Shown in pieces: positions 1 to 9,843 of a stretch of 24,000 nucleotides of DNA. The notes under the pieces were generated by a model. That model searched no databases and was not told the origin of the DNA. It saw only the letters and a list, made by a program, of their open reading frames with translations. The translations under genes were made by a program, and so were the position numbers. Each line of letters starts with the position of its first letter. Position 1 is the stretch's first letter. The stretch is from Oleisolibacter albus. GTDB lineage: Bacteria; Pseudomonadota; Alphaproteobacteria; Azospirillales; Azospirillaceae. Where the stretch lies: NCBI RefSeq assembly GCF_003336875.1, contig NZ_QGNJ01000009.1:155155-179154 (forward strand), read 5' to 3'.

Positions 1-462
1 GCGGTCGCGCACCTGCGCCACCAGCCCGTCCGGATCGGCCGGGGCCGCCAGCATCCGCTCCAGCGCGGCGCGTTCGGCGGGGCCGGCCCCGGCGCGGTCG
101 AGATGGTCCAGCAGCGCCGCGCGTTCCGCCGCGTCCAGGGTCCCGTCGGCCTTGGCCGCCGTCACCATGGCCAGCAGCAGCAGCTCCGCCGGAACCGCCC
201 GGCCCGGCGGCACGCCCGGAAAGGGCGGCGGCACGGCGGCGGCACCGGGGAAGGGCGGCGGCACGCCCCCCGCCTGCGCGGCCGGCTCCGCCGCCGCGGC
301 GCCGGGCGGCCGCCCGCGGAAATGCTCATAGGCGGCGATGCCGATGCCGGCCAGCAGCATCAGCCCGTCCTTGGAGAAGGCGGCGCGGCGGGCAGCCTGT
401 CCCATGCCCTTGCGCGACAGCCCCGATTGCAGCAGCACGCCCACCAGGCGCTCGACATCCAT
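1..462 (-). CDS. DUF533 / TerB-like (YebE-type) protein; its 3' end runs off the window
   Basis: It is absent from the ORF track because it is open at the window edge. My translation of the minus strand from ATG 462..460 gives MDVERLVGVLLQSGLSRKGMGQAARRAAFSKDGLMLLAGIGIAAYEHFRGRPPG...PAELLLLAMVTAAKADGTLDAAERAALLDHLDRAGAGPAERAALERMLAAPADPDGLVAQVRDR. The LLLxAMxxAAKADGxLDxxER motif is typical of DUF533/TerB-like proteins. A G-rich SD-like run lies just upstream on the minus strand (463..476), and third-position GC bias is strong. Confidence 0.55.
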   Translation of the reverse strand, partial: MDVERLVGVLLQSGLSRKGMGQAARRAAFSKDGLMLLAGIGIAAYEHFRGRPPGAAAAEPAAQAGGVPPPFPGAAAVPPPFPGVPPGRAVPAELLLLAMVTAAKADGTLDAAERAALLDHLDRAGAGPAERAALERMLAAPADPDGLVAQVRDR

Positions 463-584
463 TCCCGCCCCCCCGGCTGGTTGTCCGCACAGGCCCCATT
501 ATACGCCGGAACCACGCCCCTGTCCTCCTCCCCCAAGGAGGCGGCCCGGTCAGCGGGCGGGAACCGGTCGCCGCCGCCCGGGGC

Positions 585-1631
585 TCAGCCCGGCCGGGCG
601 ATCCGCCCCGGCTTGGCGTCCGCCCCCTGCCCCGTCCCGGCCGGATGCCGCGACCGGTTGACACCCATGCCCAGCAGCCGCTTGCCCCCCAGCACCAGGG
701 CCGCTCCGGCCAGGATGGCCAGATAGCCCGGCACGGCATGGGCGGCCAGGGCCGGCAGGCTGTGCAGCACCAGCACGTCGTTGCCGCCATAGGCCAGGGC
801 GCCCCCGGCCCCCATGGCGGTGCCGCCGCACAGGCAGCGCAGCGCCCGGGCCGGGGCGAAGCGCAGGCCGCGGCGGCCGGCCAGCCGCGCCGCGGTGCCG
901 CCCCCGGCCAGCACCGCCAGCATCAGCACCAGCACGGCCCAGCCCGGCAGCCCGTCCGGCGACACCGGCTGGCCCAGCAGGCGCGGCAGCAGGCTGGTGT
1001 ACATCCAGGGTCCGTGCAGGGCATAGAGCGTGCCGCCGGCCACACCGATGATGGCGGTGGCGGCGAACGGGTTCCAGGCCGGGCGGGTCCAGGCATCGCG
1101 CCAGGCCCGGTGCCGGATCAGCTTGGCCATCAGCATGGCGCCGAACCAGACCAGCACCAGCACCAGCAGCGCCGACCAGACATGGGGCCGGTCGAACGGG
1201 CTCAGCCGGTCCAGCTTCGGCACCTCCGCCGCCAGCCCGCGCCACTGGGCCAGGCCCAGCAGCCCCAGCCCCAGGCCCAGCGCCGTGGCCAGATGCGACA
1301 GGTCACCGGCGGAACAGCGGCTCAAGGTGCTGAAGGCGCAGCCGCGGTTGATGGCCGCCCCGGCCCCGAACAGCAATCCGCCCAGCAGCAGCGACCCGCT
1401 GACCGGCAGGCTGTAGGCCAGATCGGCCCCCTCCGGGTTCAGCCAGTGCAGCGGCACCGTCACCGCCGCCACCCACAGCGAACAGGCCAGGATCGACAGC
1501 AGATGCCGCGCGCCCTTCCCCGTCATCAGGTCGTTGACGGCGGCCACGGCGCAGATCGACCCCTTCTGCGCCGCCATGCCCGCAGCGAAGGCCAGCGGCA
1601 GCGACAGCACCAGCAGCAGCACAGCGGACAC
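585..1631 (-). CDS. YeeE/YedE-family (sulfur-compound transport-like) inner-membrane protein
   Basis: The 348-aa ORF is very hydrophobic and multi-pass. It has two copies of the family motif: GGLLFGAGAAINRGCAFS, and the partly degenerate GGTAMGAGGALAYGGN. The start is GTG at 1631, with GGGAGGG 5-6 nt upstream on the minus strand. Confidence 0.7.
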   Translation of the reverse strand: MSAVLLLVLSLPLAFAAGMAAQKGSICAVAAVNDLMTGKGARHLLSILACSLWVAAVTVPLHWLNPEGADLAYSLPVSGSLLLGGLLFGAGAAINRGCAFSTLSRCSAGDLSHLATALGLGLGLLGLAQWRGLAAEVPKLDRLSPFDRPHVWSALLVLVLVWFGAMLMAKLIRHRAWRDAWTRPAWNPFAATAIIGVAGGTLYALHGPWMYTSLLPRLLGQPVSPDGLPGWAVLVLMLAVLAGGGTAARLAGRRGLRFAPARALRCLCGGTAMGAGGALAYGGNDVLVLHSLPALAAHAVPGYLAILAGAALVLGGKRLLGMGVNRSRHPAGTGQGADAKPGRIARPG

Positions 1632-1709
1632 CGCATCCCTCCCGTTCCTCCGTTGCGCAGGGAAGAACAGGCGGCGGCCGGCCGCCGTCCCCGGCCGGCC
1701 TCTCCACCG

Positions 1710-3059
1710 TCACACCGTCAGGTCCAGCCGTGCGTCGAAGCGCACATCGTCGACGCGGCCCCGGCGGCCGTCGGCACGCTCGAACTGACCGCGGGCGATG
1801 GTCTCGCCGCCGGTGGTGGGCTCGCGCAAGGCCACCACCGCGTCCAGGCGGATACGGACGATGCCCTGTTCGGCCAGACTCCAGCTGCGGCCGTCACCGT
1901 CCAGCAGGATCAGCCGGGTGAAGACGCTGTCGCCGGCGTCGATGGCGCGGTCGCCATTGTCGTCATAGCGGGCCAGTTCCTCGAAGCCGTTGGCCGCCCC
2001 GTTCTGGTCGCCGAACAGCTCGGTGCCGTTGTCGATCCGGCCGTTGCCATTGCGGTCCAGCGCCAGCAGGGCGTCGCTGCTGCCGGTCCAGGCCGTGGCG
2101 TCCAGCCGCCCGTCCCCGTCGATGTCGAAGATCTTGCCGGGGGCCACCGTCTCCACGCCGTCGCCGTCGAGATCCAGGATCAGCGGGTCGGTCTTCTGCT
2201 GGTTCAGGCCGATGGCGAACAGGCTGGTTTCCGCACGCACGCTGATGGACTGCACGGAGACGGCCAGCGACACCCCTTCCGCACTGCGGCTGACCTGAAG
2301 GTCCAGCTGGCGGAACTCCACCTGGGTCACAAGGGTCGTCCTCTGCATCTCCAATCCCAGGGCCAGCCCCGGGGGCAGATCCAGCGACGGCCCGCCGCCG
2401 GTCAGGGCCTTCAGCTTCAGCAGCGGCCCGCTCTGCCGGGCCAGCGCCGTGGCCTCCCGCTCGGAGAAGCCCTGGGCGCGGAAGACATCGCCCATCTGGG
2501 CCGACAGGGCGTCGATGGCCTTGAACACCTGCTGCATCGGATCGTCGAGAATACGCTGCAACGCCGCCACGGCATCCCTGGCCGCGTCCGCCAGACCACC
2601 GGCCAGACCACCGGCCGGATTGCCGGCCTGGTCGCTGGCTTGATTGCCGGTCTGGCTGGCTGCCGCCGCGGTGCCTGCCGGGGCACCCCCGGCAAGCGCA
2701 CTGGCCGACATCTGCAGGGCCTCCGCCGTCAGGCGGACCTCATCCCATTGCGCACCGGCCGCGCGGCCGGACGTGCTGGAGAGTGAAAACTGTGTCGCTG
2801 TAAGGCGGGAGGCGGTCAGGCCGGCTGCCGAGATGCCGCCGCCGGAGAGTCCGGTTCCGGAAAGGCCGCCCCCGGAAACACCGGTGGCCGAGACGCTGCT
2901 GGCCGAAAGACTGGTGGCCGAAAGACTGGTGGCCGAGACCCGTCTGGCTGACAGGCCGGCCACAGAGAGGCTGGAGAGGGAAAGGCTGGTGGCCGAAAAG
3001 CTGGACGCCGAGAGGCGCGCAGCCGACGGGCCGTAGCCCGCAAGCGCTTGGATCGTCAT
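1710..3059 (-). CDS. Hypothetical repeat protein: N-terminal pentapeptide-like repeats plus C-terminal DxDxDG calcium-binding loops
   Basis: This is the minus ORF 1710..3173. I prefer the internal ATG at 3059 (MTIQALAGYG...) because the upstream 38 aa are Arg/Gly/Pro junk. Residues ~16-95 are about 16 consecutive 5-residue repeats ([LVIF]-S-[AG]-x-[SG], e.g. SATSL SATSL SASSV SATGV SGGGL SGTGL SGGGI). The C-terminal part has DLDGDGVE, DIDGDGRLD, DRNGNGRID, DDNGDRAID and LDGDGR loops. Confidence 0.7.
   Translation of the reverse strand: MTIQALAGYGPSAARLSASSFSATSLSLSSLSVAGLSARRVSATSLSATSLSASSVSATGVSGGGLSGTGLSGGGISAAGLTASRLTATQFSLSSTSGRAAGAQWDEVRLTAEALQMSASALAGGAPAGTAAAASQTGNQASDQAGNPAGGLAGGLADAARDAVAALQRILDDPMQQVFKAIDALSAQMGDVFRAQGFSEREATALARQSGPLLKLKALTGGGPSLDLPPGLALGLEMQRTTLVTQVEFRQLDLQVSRSAEGVSLAVSVQSISVRAETSLFAIGLNQQKTDPLILDLDGDGVETVAPGKIFDIDGDGRLDATAWTGSSDALLALDRNGNGRIDNGTELFGDQNGAANGFEELARYDDNGDRAIDAGDSVFTRLILLDGDGRSWSLAEQGIVRIRLDAVVALREPTTGGETIARGQFERADGRRGRVDDVRFDARLDLTV
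2775..3015. repeat. 15-bp periodic tandem repeat array encoding the pentapeptide-like repeats of CDS 1710..3059
   Basis: Near-identical adjacent 15-mers are visible on the + strand: ctgctggccgaaaga (2896-2910), ctggtggccgaaaga (2911-2925) and ctggtggccgagacc (2926-2940). More diverged copies lie on both sides. Confidence 0.8.
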
Positions 3060-3149
3060 GGCATGCCCCGTTTGTGGCGCCGGCCCACCCGCCCCCGACG
3101 GGAAACCGCCGCCTGGACGAACAGGACGGCGACCGCGACGGACAGTCCG

Positions 3150-3171
3150 GCATGGCCGTTTTCGGCCATGC
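3150..3171. other. Perfect 9-bp stem / 4-nt loop hairpin (GCATGGCCG-TTTT-CGGCCATGC) between two minus-strand genes
   Basis: Seen directly. It lies ~30 nt downstream of the oxoprolinase stop (3200) on the minus strand. No U-tract follows on either strand, so it is not a canonical intrinsic terminator. Confidence 0.5.
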
Positions 3172-3199
3172 ACCAGCCTACCATATCCGGACGATAGAT

Positions 3200-6937
<3,738 letters not shown>

Positions 6938-7128
6938 CACGCCCCCGCCATCCTGCGTGCCTGCGCCCCGCCCTGCGCTCCGGCCGGGTCCGACACTGCC
7001 GCCCGAGTGTGCCGGGCCGCAGCCGCCGGGTAAATGCCGGCGGCACGCCGGAGACTTCACGTTTTCCCGCTTGGGCCGTCTTCCCAGGAGCAGTTCCCGT
7101 TTCCGGGACACGCCGAAGGAGCGCCGCC

Positions 7129-7563
7129 ATGCTGGAAGACAAGACCCACCCCGAGAACCACGACGCGCTCGGCCCGGGACCGGCGCGGCCGAGCGAGCCG
7201 CCGCCGGAAGAGGCCGGCCCCGGCCCCGCGCTGCCGCCTGAAGCCGCGCGGCCCGGGACCCCCATCGCCCCGCCCGACGATCCCGTCGTCGGCCTGTCCG
7301 ACTGGATGGTGCGGCTGGCGCCGGAGGTGGCCTCCAGCATCGAGATGTTGAGCACCGCCCAGGCCCGCGGCCTGGCCGTGCTGCAGAACACCCGGCAGAT
7401 GCAGGAGCAGGGCATGCTGGATCTGGCCAGCTATGTGCTGCAGCAGAAGCGCGCCATCCTGGAGCAGACCCGCCGCATGCAGCGGGCGCCGCTGCCGGTG
7501 ACGGTGAAAGCGCGCATCGACGCGCTGACCGACCACATCCTGCGCCAGATGGACGACCATTGA
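7129..7563 (+). CDS. Hypothetical protein with a proline-rich N-terminus and a helical/coiled-coil-like C-terminus; first gene of the putative R-body operon
   Basis: ATG 7129 is preceded by GAAGGAG (7115-7121, 7-nt spacing). The product starts [33 protein letters not shown] and ends [46 protein letters not shown]...RQMDDH. GC3 bias is strong and composition is sensible. I recognise no family. Confidence 0.65.
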   Translation: MLEDKTHPENHDALGPGPARPSEPPPEEAGPGPALPPEAARPGTPIAPPDDPVVGLSDWMVRLAPEVASSIEMLSTAQARGLAVLQNTRQMQEQGMLDLASYVLQQKRAILEQTRRMQRAPLPVTVKARIDALTDHILRQMDDH

Positions 7564-7626
7564 CCAGGGCCGCACCGCCGGCCCCGGAGCCGGCGGCACA
7601 GCCAGCCGTAAGAAGGACGCACGCGC

Positions 7627-8046
7627 ATGTCAGACGGCACGGACACCGTTGACACGGGGGAGGCGGCAGCATTGCCCGCACCGCCGCCTTCGCTCCCACC
7701 TCCGCCCCCACCCAAGGACCCGCTGGTGGCTCTGGCCGAGCTGCTGCTGATCCTGTCGCCGGTCTGGACCGCCGCGCTGGAGCGCATGGCCCTGTTCCAT
7801 CCCGGCGGCCCGGTCCAGCCGCCGGCCGCGGGTCCGCAGTCGGCCCAGGCCCGGGCCATGGTCGAGCTGTTCAATCTGGCCGTCCTGCTGGAACGGGCCA
7901 CCGCCCGCAGGCCGCCCCGGATCGGGCCGCGCCGGCTGAAGCGCCCGGCCGATCCCGCCGCAACCCGCATGAAGATGATGGCCCTGGGCAACCAGATCCA
8001 GGCGCTGCTGCCGGCCCAGGCCGCCCCCGCGCCGCGCAAGTCGTAA
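7627..8046 (+). CDS. Hypothetical protein with a proline-rich N-terminus and one hydrophobic segment
   Basis: ATG 7627 is preceded by AAGAAGGA (~7609-7616). The product starts [59 protein letters not shown]3 bias is strong. I recognise no family. Confidence 0.6.
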   Translation: MSDGTDTVDTGEAAALPAPPPSLPPPPPPKDPLVALAELLLILSPVWTAALERMALFHPGGPVQPPAAGPQSAQARAMVELFNLAVLLERATARRPPRIGPRRLKRPADPAATRMKMMALGNQIQALLPAQAAPAPRKS

Positions 8047-8102
8047 AAATCGCTCTCTTTTCTCGTCTCGGCTTCACAAATCACCGCAAGGATCGTCCTT
8101 GA

Positions 8103-8125
8103 ATTGTGCGGATCGGCCGCACAAT
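8103..8125. promoter_or_regulatory. Perfect 9-bp inverted repeat ATTGTGCGG-N5-CCGCACAAT, 27 nt upstream of the first reb-like start codon; candidate operator or 5'-UTR hairpin
   Basis: Seen directly: the arms are 8103-8111 and 8117-8125. No T-tract follows. A second small hairpin CAAGGA-TCG-TCCTTG sits at 8087-8101. Confidence 0.4.
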
Positions 8126-8152
8126 CCATGAGCTAGGATCAGGAGACACCCC

Positions 8153-8521
8153 ATGCCGTCCACCATTTCCATCGACGACTCCACCGTTGCCGTTGGCGGC
8201 GGCCGCGTCGCCCCGCAGGTGACCGACGCCGTGACCCAGGCCAACGTCAAGGTGCTGGGCGATGCCCCGGCCATGGCCATGGGCCTGGTCTATCAGACCA
8301 TGGCCCAGTCCACCGGCCTGGCCTTCCAGAACGCCGTCGCCGCCCAGCAGCAGATGAACGCCACGGCCCAGGCGGCCACGGTGCAGGGCATCAACCAGCT
8401 CTACAGCTTCGACACCATCTCCACCGGCGTGGCCGACAGCGAGGTCGCCAACGCCAACCTGCCGGAGATCATGTCGTCGCTGTTGGCGGTGGTGCAGGCC
8501 TTCCAGAAGTCCGGCAGCTGA
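8153..8521 (+). CDS. RebB-family ('killing trait') R-body subunit homologue, paralog 1
   Basis: AGGAGA (8140-8145) precedes ATG 8153. The 122-aa product contains VTDAVTQANVKVLGDAPAMAMGLVYQTMAQSTGLAFQNAVAAQQQMNATAQAATVQGINQLYSFDT. This matches my memory of the RebB/PF11747 core (xITDxVTQxNVKVxGExPAxAM...QSxxHSxG...NAVxxQQQxN...AxxTQG). Size and composition fit Reb proteins. Confidence 0.8.
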   Translation: MPSTISIDDSTVAVGGGRVAPQVTDAVTQANVKVLGDAPAMAMGLVYQTMAQSTGLAFQNAVAAQQQMNATAQAATVQGINQLYSFDTISTGVADSEVANANLPEIMSSLLAVVQAFQKSGS

Positions 8522-8604
8522 TCCACGCAGGTGCGGAGCTGGCGACGGGCATGGCGTCAGGCCATGCCCGTCCTTCCCGTCGGTCCGGTTAAGGGAACAG
8601 GGCG

Positions 8605-9000
8605 ATGAATACAGTCAGCGTGAGTGACGCAATACAGACCGTGGACCCGGCCATCACCGCGGCGATCGCGGATGTGGGCGTGCAGACCCTGGCCGTGGCG
8701 CCCACCATGGCCCAGGGTGAACTGGCCCTCAGCGGTGCCGGCAGCACCGGCCTCGCCTTCAGCCAGTCTGTCGGCCACCAGCAGCGCATGGATGCGGTGG
8801 CGCAGGCCGCGACGACACAAGGATTGACCATGCTTCTCGCGGCGCGTCCGGTCCCGCGCCTTGCCCCGGAGGTCAAGACCATGCAAACCAAACGTACACC
8901 GGCACCGGTGGTGACCGTGCTGCTGGAACTGCTGCTGGTGCTGGTCCAGAAGAAGAAGCCGAAGAAGGACAAATCGGACATCGTCATCACCATCGTCTGA
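8605..9000 (+). CDS. Divergent Reb-like paralog 2 with a hydrophobic + poly-lysine C-terminal extension
   Basis: The core ITAAIADVGVQTLAVAPTMAQGELALSGAGSTGLAFSQSVGHQQRMDAVAQAATTQGLTML aligns column for column with paralog 1 (STGLAF, QQ-M, AQAAT-QG). The tail reads ...MQTKRTPAPVVTVLLELLLVLVQKKKPKKDKSDIVITIV. An in-frame internal GGAGG (8868-8872) + ATG (8881) is present. Confidence 0.65.
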   Translation: MNTVSVSDAIQTVDPAITAAIADVGVQTLAVAPTMAQGELALSGAGSTGLAFSQSVGHQQRMDAVAQAATTQGLTMLLAARPVPRLAPEVKTMQTKRTPAPVVTVLLELLLVLVQKKKPKKDKSDIVITIV

Positions 9001-9090
9001 ACGGGATCCGCCCGGACTGGTCCCAGGGACATTCCCGGAGAACAGGCCGGCCCCTGTCCGTCCTTGTGAGCCCCTTGCACGAGGTCCCCT

Positions 9091-9354
9091 ATGGCCGATG
9101 ACGGCAGTACAACGACGGCGGTGGTGACGGCTCCCCCTGTCCGGGTCGACCCGGCCATCGTCGAGGCCATCGCCAATGCCAACATGAAGGTCATGGGCGA
9201 CAGCCCGATCGTCGCCGTCAGCGTGGTCTACCAGTCGCTGGCCACCGCCATCAGCATCTGCCTGCAGAATGCCGCCGTGAACCAGCAGAACATCATCAAC
9301 ATCGCCAATGCCTCCACCGGCGTGATCACGCAGAAGATCACGGCCATGGCCTAG
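9091..9354 (+). CDS. Short Reb-like paralog 3 (87 aa)
   Basis: GAGG lies 7 nt upstream of ATG 9091. IVEAIANANMKVMGDSPIVAVSVVYQSLATAISICLQNAAVNQQNIINIANASTGVITQKI aligns with paralog 1 (NxKVxGDxP, VYQxxA, QNAxxxQQ). Confidence 0.65.
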   Translation: MADDGSTTTAVVTAPPVRVDPAIVEAIANANMKVMGDSPIVAVSVVYQSLATAISICLQNAAVNQQNIINIANASTGVITQKITAMA

Positions 9355-9395
9355 GACTGCACGGCACAGCGCGGATGGACGACGGAGAAGCCGCC

Positions 9396-9737
9396 ATGTC
9401 CAGCATCGACGGGGAAATCCTCGACAGCATCACCGCCTCGCAGCAGGTGACCATCGCGGACTCGCGTGAAAACGCGCTGGCCCAGTCCTACGCCTATGTG
9501 GCCCAGTCCACGGCCATGGCCGTCCAGAACGGCAACACCTATCTGCAGCAGGTGGAAACCCTGTGCATCGCCGCGCTGGGCGTCGTGCTCAGCAAGATGG
9601 TGCAGAACCCGGCCACGGCCGAGCTGTGGGCCCCCGTCATCCCCCAGGTCATGTCCCCGGTGGCCACGGCCACGACGCAGTGGGGCGCCATCGGCACCAC
9701 CGCGGCCGACATCGCCAAGACCTATCCCTCAAGCTGA
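9396..9737 (+). CDS. Distant Reb-like paralog 4 (113 aa from ATG 9396; 120 aa if from ATG 9375)
   Basis: GGAG (9384-9387) sits 8 nt before ATG 9396, so I prefer that start. ILDSITASQQVTIADSRENALAQSYAYVAQSTAMAVQNGNTYLQQVETLCIAALGVVLSKM keeps the I-xDS-T, AQST-xA-QN and QQ spacing of the other three, but similarity is weak. Confidence 0.5.
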   Translation: MSSIDGEILDSITASQQVTIADSRENALAQSYAYVAQSTAMAVQNGNTYLQQVETLCIAALGVVLSKMVQNPATAELWAPVIPQVMSPVATATTQWGAIGTTAADIAKTYPSS

Positions 9738-9758
9738 ACCGGCATCCGGCCACGAAAG

Positions 9759-9793
9759 AAGCCGCCGGCGGTGGCCGGCGGCTTGTGGTTTTC
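9759..9793. terminator. Bidirectional rho-independent terminator shared by the reb-like operon (+) and the convergent sigma factor gene (-)
   Basis: A perfect 11-bp stem AAGCCGCCGGC (9759-9769) / GCCGGCGGCTT (9774-9784) has a GGTG loop. It is followed by GTGGTTTTC on the + strand and by TTTCGTG on the minus strand. It lies between the stop codons at 9737 and 9844. Confidence 0.8.
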
Positions 9794-9843
9794 GACGCGC
9801 GGACAGGCGCGGGCGGACCGGAACGCGCGGGACCGGCCGGATC

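Noticed and set aside
645-2786. 713-aa + strand ORF spanning the YeeE and repeat-protein loci
   Set aside because: The translation is Arg/Gly/Gln/His/Pro-rich junk with no motifs. It is antisense to two minus-strand genes that have clear family features. This is a typical high-GC shadow frame.
6938-7711. N-terminal 258-aa extension of the 1503-aa minus ORF (3200..7711)
   Set aside because: The extension is Arg/Gly/Ala/Cys/Ser-rich with no domain. It overlaps the well-supported + strand gene 7129..7563 (SD, GC3 bias). The conserved oxoprolinase N-terminus ([13 protein letters not shown]) begins right after the ATGs at 6895-6937.
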